This document shows, piece by piece, positions 9,614 to 18,535 of a stretch of 20,444 nucleotides of DNA. Location of the stretch: positions 128,001 through 148,444 of the IMG/VR virus record IMGVR_UViG_3300045988_163304. One strand, 5' to 3'. The notes below the pieces were generated by a model. The model did not search any database, had not been told where the DNA came from, and saw only the letters and a list, made by a program, of their open reading frames with translations. Every line of letters starts with the position of its first letter. The first letter of the stretch is position 1. A program made the position numbers and the translations under genes. Source of the stretch: a virus.

Positions 9614-11014
9614 TAAAATAAAACTCTAAGAATGACCAAGAGCAATTTGAGGTAGCATCTTAGAATAACCAAGTTGCGTTTGTTCTTTATACAATTTTGA
9701 CATTTCTTTATAATTATATTGTGTAGTTTCAAGCATATAAAATTTAAAACTATATTTCTTATTGTTCGCAACTTTCATCTTTACTATTCTATCAAAAAAA
9801 ATGTTAAATTGCAACAACAAGTTTCTAACAGTTGATTCATCATTGAGGATAGACTTCTCTAATGATAAATTACCATCAGTATTGAATAAATTTTGAGAAA
9901 TACCTAAATTATTATAGACAGTACGTTCAACTTTTGCTAAATCATCTGTAGTAGTTGTAGTATTTTTATCTGATAAATCAATAGATTGAACATCAGTAAA
10001 TGTTGTTAAAACATCAACACCAATAGCTCTTGATAACATAGCAACAGCATTATTATGTATATCACGAGATTCATCAATATCAAATATTAAATCACCATTT
10101 TTATCCATAGGAAGTTTTTGAACAATAATTTTTAACAACTTCTACATTTGTTTTCTGCGATCTAAATCTTGAGCAGCGTCTAAATCCATGAGAGCAGGGA
10201 TAGAATTGATAAATGGTGGTGTATCACTGCCATTAAAATTAAATTTCACACTTAATTCTGGAGATAGTAAATACCAACTTCCACTATAATCTCCCTTAAT
10301 ATCAGGAAGTAATTTTCCCTTCTTATATAAAACATATCCACGCTAAAATTCTTCAGGGAATAATTTTAATACGCGCATACGATAATTAGGATCTGGAAAC
10401 TAATCAAAAAATCGCATATCAAACTCAATTGCTGGCATACCAGCCACAAAGTATCTAGAACGGCAATAACTAGCAGGCAATTCTTGTAACATTAAACTAT
10501 TTGCAGATTGCACTATATATCCATAATAACAACCATTTTTCATAATACTTTGAGCAATATCACCGCAGATTTTTTTAATATAAGTATTATCTAAGTAATT
10601 TAATAACTTTGAGAAATCTTTTAAAACTTTTTCATCTTTTACCGTATCATCTAAAATCTCTGGAGCGACATACCAATCATATCTATACAAATAAGCAAAA
10701 TAATTACATACTCGCTCATAAATACCGCTAATATCATAAAATAAATTAGAAATTCTACGCATTTCAACAATATCACGATTTATCATAGCTCGTAATACAT
10801 CATTTTTAGTGACCATGCGACATGGACCACGACGATTAGGATATAAACGAGCAAATGACCCTAAATCTAATACAGCATCATCTAATGTTTGAACTCCAAC
10901 TTTTATTTTACGATATTCTGTTGGATCAGCAGTTCGATAATCACTTGTTCCATTGCTGATATTAAATCCTTTGGAGTGGATGATTTCCTAACGTGATAAT
11001 TCTTTAGTATCCAA
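9614..11014 (-). CDS. putative portal protein, about 466 aa, 4 in-frame TAG
   Basis: Track ORFs 10400..10816 and 9626..10138 are in the same frame and joined by clean sequence across TAG at 10400, 10343, 10142 and 9626. Probable TTG start 11012-11014 after AAGGAGGTG ribosome-binding site. TAA at 9614-9616. Located just downstream of the terminase, as is usual for portal genes. Portal identity is inferred from position and size. Confidence 0.5.
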
Positions 11015-11026
11015 AATTCCACCTCC

Positions 11027-11383
11027 TTAATATCCAGCTAATTGCATTATATAATCATATGTAATAAGATTCTCGTCTGTATAAGGAATCTCTATTAATT
11101 TAAAATCATGTAAAGCACAAAAACGTCGTTTCTGATTATCATTATACTGTTGTTGGTATAAACCTTTTTTACCACCAAATTTCGCACTAGGCTCATAATG
11201 CTATTTACCCTAATATTCAATAATAAAATCAATTCTACCATCATCATCAAAAACGACAAAATCAAAACGTAAAGGTCTACCACTTGGTGCTTTTAAATCT
11301 GGAAAAATATATTCCATTTTAAATGGTAATTCAGCTTGTCGCAAAATCTCTTCAATTTTAATTTCGCCTCTAGACGCTCTCAT
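11027..11383 (-). CDS. small PD-(D/E)XK (DUF559/Vsr-like) endonuclease-like protein, 118 aa, 2 in-frame TAG
   Basis: GGAGGTAATT then ATG 11381-11383. Reads MRASRGEIKIEEILRQAELPFKMEYIFPDLKAPSGRPLRFDFVVFDDDGRIDFIIEY[Q]GK[Q]HYEPSAKFGGKKGLYQQQYNDNQKRRFCALHDFKLIEIPYTDENLITYDYIMQLAGY. The D...IEx(Q)GxxH pattern resembles the EvDGxxH core of DUF559 nucleases. Confidence 0.5.
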
Positions 11384-11393
11384 AATTACCTCC

Positions 11394-13127
11394 TCAATTT
11401 AAGAAACACCAATCTTTAGCATTAAACTTTTTACGTTTCTTCTTTTTATCTTCTTCTAATTTTAAATAATATAGTCCATATTCAAAAGCAGAAAATTTAT
11501 CTTTTCGGATACTTTTATTTGCTTGCTTCAGGATAATGTTTACTCCTTCAGTCTCTTCACGCAAATTCATCATTTCTTCTTTTAATATGGAAGTTAATGT
11601 AAATGGTTTTAATTCTTCTGCCCTCTATTCTGGAGTCATAGTTTGACCTTTCTTTTTAGCAAGGAGTTTATTTTTTGCTACGCGCTCATCAATTAAAAAT
11701 TTCACTTTTCCAGAAGCAAGTTGTGATTTGGCAATCGCATGAGCTTCTGTATTAAGTGGCGCATTAGCTTTTATAATATACATAGCATCTAATACTGTAT
11801 TAGATGTTTTATATTTTTTATAAAATAAATCATCATCATTGACAACGCCAAAATCAGGGAAAATTTCATTGGTTTCAGGATCAATCTATGTCTTAACCAT
11901 ATAATCAATTAAACCAATTCCTAAACCATTACCATCAATTACAATTCTATCAGCATTATATTTATAATATAATTTTTTTAATTTAATAGTTTGGTCTTCA
12001 AAATGTTCATCAGATAATGTGTATATATTTACTAAACTTTTAATTGAACCACCTTGTGATTGTGGAGTCACTTTAAATACGCAAATGACTGAATCACATC
12101 CTTTACGACCGACATCAACAGCAAGTACATAAGATGCTAATTTTGAATTACGCCCAGATGCTTCATATTCAGGCTAATTTAATATTCTATTTCTATCAAA
12201 TATTTCAGCATTAAAAAATGCATCTTCTACTGTGCCAGACCATTTACTTTCATATTCTCGGTCAAATGAACTTTCATTGAACGTTCCGTCCATTTTTAAG
12301 TCTTTAATAAAATTCGCATCTAATAATTTCATTAAAACAGGAATACGATAAGTACCACCCATAATGATAGATTGCTAAGGTTTAACAATCTCCCAAACTA
12401 ATAATTGAATTAATTTATCATAAGGGAAAGTATTTTTATATCCAGCAGTAGTAATATAAATTTGAGATTTATTAAGAGTTTCATCGGGTTGAGTAGTACC
12501 ATCCATACACATACGAGAAATATTCATTGTAGGAATAATAACTTGTGATAAAATATCACCATCAACACCAACGCACTCTTCAATTAAACCGCCGTGGCGG
12601 CGTTTACCACGAGAAGACTCTCTTGCAGCAATATTATCGAAATATGAACCATTTTTAAATACATATTTAACATAATCTTTACCTTCAAGTGTCTAACCAC
12701 GACGCCAATCTATTTCTTTCTAAAATGCAGGAATAAGAGTACAAATTTCTTGAACTTTTTCTTTTACAATTCCAGCCGCTTGTTCTTTACCACCAGAAGT
12801 AATAAATAATTTGCATCTAGGATATAGAATAGCACGACACATTAAGACCATCATTGATAAAAAAGATTTTGAATAAGCACGAGGGAATACAGCATAAATA
12901 TATTTATGACGCATCGCAGCGCGCAAAAAGATTCTCTAATAAAAATAGAGTTTAAAATGTTGAGGGCCGCCATCAGGCCCAGCCATAAAGTCGATAAACA
13001 TATCTGGATATTCTCTCCAAAAGGCTATGTACTATCTTGCTTCTGGTATAATCGCACGAAGACGGTCCTCTGAAATTCCAATCTTTTTACGCTTCTAAGA
13101 TAAATCAAGTAAATCCTATAAAGCCAT
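11394..13127 (-). CDS. terL: terminase large subunit, about 577 aa, at least 6 in-frame TAG
   Basis: ATG 13125-13127 sits one nt after the upstream TAA. N-terminus reads MAL[Q]DLLDLS[Q]KRKKIGISEDRLRAIIPEAR[Q]YIAFWREYPDMFIDFMAGPDGGPQHFKLYFY[Q]RIFLRAAMRHKYIYAVFPRAYSKSF (terminase N-terminal motif plus deviant Walker A). Includes track ORFs 12720..12926, 12174..12362 and 11886..12071. The last carries VIDGNGLGIGLID, a nuclease-domain Asp motif, followed by ...GVVNDDDLFYKKY...LDAMYII. TGA stop at 11394-11396. Confidence 0.7.
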
Positions 13128-13128
13128 A

Positions 13129-14325
13129 TTATCCTTCTAAATTCCTTAAAGTCTAAGCATCTATTTCAGACTCTTCCTCAAGGAAATCATTATATTCAAT
13201 TAAATCTTCATCTTTAAGATGATCGATTTCTTCCATCGTTAAATCTTCTTCAATATCTTGATCTTCTTCTTTATTTTCCTCTTCTTGCATTTTCTTAATA
13301 GCCCCTTCAATGAGATTACCTAGATTCATCTCTTCAGTGACTAATGTGTGTGTATAATTCTTTAAATCTTGTAAAGTTTCATCAACTTTATCTTTTGGAC
13401 CTTCTGTATAATACCGAGGAATAAATCCTTCAGTCTCACACATGGCCACTAATTCTCCAATAGAATCAAATGCTTCTCCTGTGTCTGCTTTATTTTGAGC
13501 GGCGGTGAAATTACCTGATTTCATTAGACTATCATAAACCTTGCTCATCTTTTGAAAACCTTCGATATCACCAATATCGATCAACTAGTTTGCTTTTAAG
13601 GATGTCTTACAAATTAATTTTAATGTATCAATATGACCAGCGCCGCGAATATCATAAGAACTCATCATTTCTTCATAAAGTTGCTCTAGTTTAACCCATT
13701 CTTCGGGTTTATACGCTTTACCCCACTTCATACGAAGATATAAAATATCTTCTTCTGTTAAATCGAGGTCATCTGCTGGGTCATGTTCAATACCATTCTA
13801 TTGATCAAAATAATTATCACCATCTCTAAAACGTTCTGGCAATTCAGGAGTATAAGGTTTTAATTCTTCTTCTGGAATAGCGACAGTAGATTTAGCAATA
13901 GCCGTTGCTATTTGCTAAGCATCATATCCTTGACGTTTCATAGTTTGCTCTAATTTATTATTAGCCACTTCCTATAAAAACTCAGAATCTTTCCATCGAT
14001 AATCTTTATATTGTTTAAGTTTCATTTTGGACAAATATCTACCTAAAATACTCATACCAGTTAATTTAGATTTATCTTGTCCATATTTCATTAGTAATTT
14101 ACTCCACTCCTCTGGAACATAAGGTATATCAATTTCTTGTAAAATCCACATATAAGTTTCTGGATTCCAGTTATCTACAAGCATTGTAATACATTTTTTA
14201 CATTGAGGGAGTTTTCCATCATTTGGATATTTTTCTAAATTATTAGATGTATAAAACTGGTCAGCACCCATAGTTCTATTACATCGTTCACAATAATATA
14301 CTTTATTACTATTATCTACAGTCAT
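13129..14325 (-). CDS. zinc-ribbon plus acidic C-terminus protein, about 398 aa, 4 in-frame TAG (possible terminase small subunit, from position)
   Basis: AAGGAGGA ribosome-binding site then ATG 14325. Track ORFs 13972..14325 (CxxC...CxxC) and 13153..13584 (acidic tail) are in the same frame. The intervening 13585-13971 translates cleanly with TAG at 13972, 13915, 13798 and 13585, plus TAG 13153. TAA at 13129-13131 immediately precedes the terL ATG. Confidence 0.5.
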
Positions 14326-14367
14326 AATTTTCCTCCTTATATTTATCCAATAACAGGCCTCTCAAAA

Positions 14368-15432
14368 TTATAACTGTTTGCCCTTGTTTTTGGCATTACG
14401 GCATTTTTTACAAATACTATAATAGCCATCTTTACTGGTTTTATTTTTACTAAAATATTTATTATGTGCTAATTTAATTTGCCCACAGCGACTACATTTT
14501 TTATATTTACCTTTTGCTTTATGTAAATAATAATCATATAGGTATTGGTCTTCAGCCGCAGAGGCGATTAATTTTGGAATTTTATTGCGCCATAAACTAG
14601 AAATATATTCTAAGCTATGAGTAATATTAAATTCCTCTTGAATTTTCTTTTGAATGTCTATATTCTATAATCCATCAATTTTATATTCAACTATTCTATC
14701 ATATAAAGGATAATCTTTAAGAGCAATAGTACATAAATTATCAAAATCTTCCATAATATACCATAAATCTCTTTCAAAATCTCCCCAACTATCTTGTTTT
14801 AAACGAGAATAATTACATAAAATTGCAGAACATACTCTAGGATCTAATAGTGAAACGCCATCCGGGATTGGATAACCATCATCATCAAAAATGCAAGTCG
14901 TGTCCTCTAATGGAATAAAATTTCTTGAACGAGTAATTTTAGTCATAATAATTGGACGACGAACTGCATTTTTAATAACATACTAATCTTTACGCATTTC
15001 AATAATAGCACGTTTAATTATAAATGCTTCGCGCCCTTCACTAACTCGTAATTTGGCTTCCCAAGTAGTAATGGCGTCTCTTAACTATTTTAAATGAGGT
15101 ATTTCTTCTATATCTTTTTTAGTAATTGTAATTTTGGGCTAAAATATTGTATTTTTATTTTCAGTAATTAAATTATAAATTCCATCTTCGCCATTCTCAA
15201 ATTGGGAAACAAGACCTTCAAAAGATGTTTCACGTTTATTAACTGTTGCCATACGATTATCAGTTAATAATTTACGCTCCTTTTTCTCTTGTTTCTCCAT
15301 ACAAAGAATGATATAGTCCCCTAATATTTCTAAATATCGAGGAGAGGGGTCTGGGGTTTCCTCTAATATTTTCTTGACTAATTCATTTCTTTCTTCTGGA
15401 GTTTGTAAGGAATAATCTAATTTTATCATCAT
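14368..15432 (-). CDS. hypothetical protein, about 354 aa, 4 in-frame TAG, C-terminal CxxC-N-CxxC zinc ribbon
   Basis: GGAGGTA ribosome-binding site then ATG 15432. Track ORFs 15139..15432 and 14665..14946 are in the same frame and joined through TAG at 15139, 15085 and 14983. Extended through TAG 14665 to TAA 14368-14370 (...CSRCGQIKLAHNKYFSKNKTSKDGYYSICKKCRNAKNKGKQL). First gene after the leftward promoter. Confidence 0.5.
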
Positions 15433-15457
15433 TACCTCCAGATTTTTTTACGTCTTC

Positions 15458-15486
15458 ATTATACAAAAAATTTTTCCAGGTGTCAA
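15458..15486 (-). promoter_or_regulatory. sigma-70/sigma-A consensus promoter (leftward)
   Basis: Minus strand reads TTGACA (revcomp of 15481-15486), a 17-bp spacer, then TATAAT (revcomp of 15458-15463). GGAGGTA ribosome-binding site and ATG lie about 25 nt downstream. Confidence 0.6.
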
Positions 15487-15541
15487 ATTTTAATAAATGC
15501 ATTTAAAAAATTTTTAAACGATACTATTAATTGGAAAAAAT

Positions 15542-15570
15542 TTGACAATAAAAAAAATTTTTTGTATTAT
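15542..15570 (+). promoter_or_regulatory. sigma-70/sigma-A-like promoter (rightward) for the small-gene cluster
   Basis: TTGACA 15542-15547, 17-bp spacer, TATTAT 15565-15570. AAAGGAGAAG ribosome-binding site then ATG 15601. Arranged back-to-back with the leftward promoter and shares an A/T-tract spacer motif with it. Confidence 0.5.
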
Positions 15571-15600
15571 TATTATAATAAAAAATAAAAGGAGAAGTTT

Positions 15601-15999
15601 ATGGTAATTGCTATTATTATATTAAGTATATTATTAATATTATCTATTATATATAATGTATTGTTTACAAAAGGAGTCACTAAACTTCTTGACCCTGAAA
15701 ACATTGAACAAAAATATAATTTAATAGCAGATTATTATGCAGATGCAAATAATATTGAAGAAAGCTTTCCTTGTTGTTTATTATTATATCTTCAATTTAA
15801 TGCGAAAGAATCTGCAAAAATTGCAGACTTCTCTAATTATGAAAATTCTAATATAATCGCCTATTCAGTTTTGTCCAAGGGTCCGCCACCACCTGGATAC
15901 GCCAATCAACTGGAAGAAGACGGCTCTATAAGAATATTAGTCCGCAATGTTCGAGTAAATAAATATAAGGATGGTGAATATTTTTGGGAGCCTATGTAA
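15601..15999 (+). CDS. membrane-anchored protein, 132 aa (N-terminal TM helix)
   Basis: Track ORF with good ribosome-binding site. Hydrophobic N-terminus MVIAIIILSILLILSIIY. Confidence 0.65.
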   Translation: MVIAIIILSILLILSIIYNVLFTKGVTKLLDPENIEQKYNLIADYYADANNIEESFPCCLLLYLQFNAKESAKIADFSNYENSNIIAYSVLSKGPPPPGYANQLEEDGSIRILVRNVRVNKYKDGEYFWEPM

Positions 16000-16190
16000 T
16001 TGTTATCTTTTGGATAATCATTTCAGCATTAGTAATGTTTGAATATATTGATGCAATTCAAAGCGCCGGTGAAAATAAATTAATTGTTTGTTTAATATTT
16101 TTTATTGGTGGCCCAATATTTGCTGCGAGTGATTTATTACAAAAAATTTTAGATATATTTTTACCGGAAGGGTGGAATGGTGATGACTGA
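15984..16190 (+). CDS. small 2-TM membrane protein, about 68 aa
   Basis: Track ORF with TTG start overlapping the upstream gene. Two hydrophobic segments. Confidence 0.45.
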   Translation: MGAYVIVIFWIIISALVMFEYIDAIQSAGENKLIVCLIFFIGGPIFAASDLLQKILDIFLPEGWNGDD

Positions 16191-16209
16191 AAAATAGATT
16201 AAATATATT

Positions 16210-16500
16210 TTGAAAAATTTTAAACGAGGCACTACTATTCTATTTATGGGTGTATCATTTAATCAATATATTAATCTTGAACAATTAACTGAAGCAGGAT
16301 ATACTTGTATCCTATTAGGTGAAGGTCAAGATTATTGGCCCTATATTAAAAATGATATGATTATTTATATAGATGGTATTGGTAATAAAATAAATTGTTA
16401 TCCATTGCATTGTCCTATTTTTGTATACGATAAAAATCGAGTAATAAATACTAAAAATAGAGATGTGCGCGTTTGGGTAGAAGTGTTAAAAGAGGAGTAA
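16210..16500 (+). CDS. hypothetical protein, about 96 aa
   Basis: Track ORF. The start could be ATG 16246 instead of the alternative start used by the track. Confidence 0.5.
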   Translation: MKNFKRGTTILFMGVSFNQYINLEQLTEAGYTCILLGEGQDYWPYIKNDMIIYIDGIGNKINCYPLHCPIFVYDKNRVINTKNRDVRVWVEVLKEE

Positions 16501-16501
16501 T

Positions 16502-16795
16502 ATGAAAATTTATAAATATTTAATTGAAACTCCAGGGTCTACTCATATTATGGATCATTTGACAGATATTGTATCTACTGGATTAGATGTAAATAATAAT
16601 CCATGCGTATGGGCAGTTTATGATGAAAAAGCACCCAAAAAATATTTTCAAATTAATGCTGTTGGCACAGGTTGGGAATTGGATAAATATGTAAATAATA
16701 ATGACAAATATTTAGGAGTTATTAATGATGGCGAGTATATTTGGCATATTATTAAGTCTTCTGGAGAAAAATGTCATATAATGGAGGAGAAATGA
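16502..16795 (+). CDS. hypothetical protein, 97 aa
   Basis: Track ORF. ATG overlaps the upstream stop (TAATATG). TGA stop. Confidence 0.6.
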   Translation: MKIYKYLIETPGSTHIMDHLTDIVSTGLDVNNNPCVWAVYDEKAPKKYFQINAVGTGWELDKYVNNNDKYLGVINDGEYIWHIIKSSGEKCHIMEEK

Positions 16796-16799
16796 TTTT

Positions 16800-17117
16800 A
16801 TGGAAGAAGGAAAAAATTATTTTGATATTGTAATGCGAGAAGGCCAAGCAATAGTTCATAATGAAGGTTCTATTCATTAGGTTGATAGCTTAGGCCGTCT
16901 TGTTTTTCCTAAGAATTTAAGACAAAAATATGGTATTGCTCCTGGCGACCGTATGGAATTTTATACTATTGAATATAATGGTGAAGTTTATGTTGGAGTG
17001 CGAGTGAGTAAACGATATGGTAGTAGAATAGAGTATTTACGCGCTAAAGAAGTATTAGATGATTTAGGAATTGAAATTCCTCAAAAACTAACTGATGCTA
17101 TTAATGGAGTAATGTAA
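16800..17117 (+). CDS. AbrB/SpoVT (swapped-hairpin) family DNA-binding protein, 105 aa, 1 in-frame TAG
   Basis: ATG 16800, TAG at 16878-16880, then VDSLGRLVFPKNLRQKYGIAPGDRMEFYTIEYNGEVYVGVRV. This is a textbook AbrB/MazE-type motif lying directly after the TAG. TAA at 17115-17117. Shows TAG is read as sense on the plus strand too. Confidence 0.65.
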
Positions 17118-17118
17118 T

Positions 17119-17262
17119 ATGCCTAAATATAAAAGTTTTGGAAATGCGCTTGCTGCTAAAATGCAGAAAAAGGCTAATTATTATGCTACTAAAGCAGTTC
17201 ATCAAATTGTATGGGGTGAAAACCCTAAACGGGGTCGTCCTAAGAAGGAGAATAAGAAATGA
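17119..17262 (+). CDS. small basic protein with AT-hook-like motif, 47 aa
   Basis: ATG overlaps the upstream stop. Reads MPKYKSFGNALAAKMQKKANYYATKAVHQIVWGENPKRGRPKKENKK. It contains the RGRP AT-hook core. Confidence 0.45.
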   Translation: MPKYKSFGNALAAKMQKKANYYATKAVHQIVWGENPKRGRPKKENKK

Positions 17263-17342
17263 TTCTTGAAGCATTAGCATTAATAGGATTAATTTTATTT
17301 TTTCCTATTTGGCTTTTTGGTAGGAATAAGATTAAGAAGTAA
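17259..17342 (+). CDS. possible 27-aa hydrophobic peptide
   Basis: ATG within ATGA overlap with the previous stop. Reads MILEALALIGLILFFPIWLFGRNKIKK. TAA stop. No independent ribosome-binding site. Confidence 0.3.
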   Translation: MILEALALIGLILFFPIWLFGRNKIKK

Positions 17343-17354
17343 TTAAAAAAATTC

Positions 17355-17408
17355 TACCGTTATTTGAATTGAAAAAAGTTTTACCGTTATTTGAATTGAA
17401 AAAAGTTT
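17355..17408. repeat. tandem direct repeat, 27 bp x 2 (TACCGTTATTTGAATTGAAAAAAGTTT)
   Basis: Two identical units at 17355-17381 and 17382-17408 immediately after the last AT-rich-part gene, at the composition junction. Confidence 0.8.
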
Positions 17409-17668
17409 TGGTGAGAGTTTGTACCAGCCAAACAAAAAAATAAAAAGCAAAAAAAATTTTTTCCCGAAACCCACCCCCCGGTCGGTTTTTATCTGAGAAA
17501 AAATCTGAACACTATCGAGACCTTCTTGGGCTTGGTGCACGCGGAAAGGCTAGACCATCCCCAATACAGCCCCTCAACTCGCAGAACCGCGAATGGGCGT
17601 CGCGGTCCTCATTCGCAATAAATACAAACTCCACAAAAAATCTCTCGCAAATTTGTGTATTCTGCCAA

Positions 17669-17697
17669 TAGACAAGCATCCTGAAATCTGGTATAAT
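17669..17697 (+). promoter_or_regulatory. promoter, TAGACA-17-TGgTATAAT (extended -10)
   Basis: -35 at 17669-17674, TG at 17689-17690, TATAAT at 17692-17697. Paralogous to the promoter at 19632-19660 (shared TGCCAATAGACAA). Confidence 0.55.
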
Positions 17698-17722
17698 AGT
17701 ATCATCAAAGGAGGAATGATCT

Positions 17723-17818
17723 ATGTCTATCATCTACAAAGTCGTGCGCTTCATCGTTGCGGTCGCCGCTATCGCTGGCACTGGTATCTTAATGTGCCTC
17801 ATCTGCCTCCCTCACTGA
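17723..17818 (+). CDS. 31-aa hydrophobic peptide (type-I-toxin-like or leader peptide)
   Basis: AGGAGG (17709-17714), 8-nt spacer, ATG. Reads MSIIYKVVRFIVAVAAIAGTGILMCLICLPH. TGA stop lies inside the terminator hairpin. Confidence 0.45.
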   Translation: MSIIYKVVRFIVAVAAIAGTGILMCLICLPH

Positions 17819-17830
17819 GGGAGGTTTTTT
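17806..17830 (+). terminator. rho-independent terminator
   Basis: CCTCCCTC-ACT-GAGGGAGG, an 8-bp perfect stem, followed by TTTTTT. Confidence 0.7.
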
Positions 17831-18033
17831 GTTGCCCAAAGATTGTTAAAAATTTAACGATGTAGCAAGATTGTTAAAAGATTAACAATGTAGCGAGATT
17901 GTTAAAAATTTAACAAACACTCAACCAAGAGAGAACAAGGACACGCACGGCACAGTGGACAAGGCAGAGCGAGCCAACGAGCGAGCGACCAACAGACAAA
18001 GAGAACAACACACAACACAACACAATGATAAAT

Positions 18034-18057
18034 ACATTGTTAATGTATTAACAATGT
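18034..18057. repeat. perfect 24-bp palindrome ACATTGTTAATGTATTAACAATGT
   Basis: Read directly from the sequence. It sits at the switch point between a T-poor flank (17921-18030) and a C-poor flank (18058-18127). Confidence 0.9.
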
Positions 18058-18079
18058 AGTATAGTAGTATGGTATGGTA

Positions 18080-18100
18080 GGGTGTAGGGCAGGGGTAGGG
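18080..18100 (+). other. canonical G-quadruplex motif GGGTGTAGGGCAGGGGTAGGG
   Basis: Four G-runs of at least 3 with 2-4 nt loops, inside a nearly C-free 70-nt stretch. Confidence 0.6.
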
Positions 18101-18513
18101 TGTAGGTAGTAGGTGGTGGAGGAGAGTAGACCAACAATAAGAGATGCGAACGCGCTTCCCACCGGTCGGCTCACCGGGAACCGCGCACCAATAAATCTAA
18201 TGTAAGTATTCCATTTCTCTTTTGGGTTCATCATCGTTAACGGCCCTAATCGCCCAAGAATAAGCCCTCGCACTATTGCCAAACAATACAGCAGGGCAGG
18301 TGCTGAACAACGCGTGTCCCACAATGCACAGTTTGCACAGAGGGGCGAGCAAGATTGTTAAACATTTAACAATGTGAGAACCAAGAGCAAGAGAGTAAAG
18401 AGTGCGCTTGCACAGGTAGCAAGGAGGATACACACGGCACAGTTGATACATTTGCTGACCGAGCAAGATTGTTAAAAAATTCACAATGTGTGGATGTGGT
18501 GAAGTTGCTGTTT

Positions 18514-18535
18514 GATTGTGAAAATTTTCACAATC
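18514..18535. repeat. perfect 22-bp palindrome GATTGTGAAAATTTTCACAATC
   Basis: Read directly from the sequence. Confidence 0.9.

Noticed and set aside
11095-11283. ORF 11095..11283 (minus strand, 62 aa, GTG start)
   Set aside because: Wrong frame within the DUF559-like endonuclease gene. The hydrophobic junk translation comes from AT-rich sequence.
11880-11945. Apparent +1 frame change in the terL C-terminal region between ...LIDYMVKT[TAG] and ...PETNEIFPDFGVVNDDD
   Set aside because: My hand reading of this stretch is offset by one base from the ORF-track coordinates at two nearby points (around 11881 and 11940). The track shows no 86-aa ORF in the shifted frame. The most likely explanation is a transcription error on my part, not a programmed frameshift. 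Worth a quick recheck by machine translation.
17500-17600. Possible tRNA on the minus strand (GGGGCTGTATTGGGGATGGTCTAGCC...)
   Set aside because: No T-loop (GTTCRANYC), no 7-bp acceptor pairing, no anticodon stem. Only a superficial 5' resemblance.
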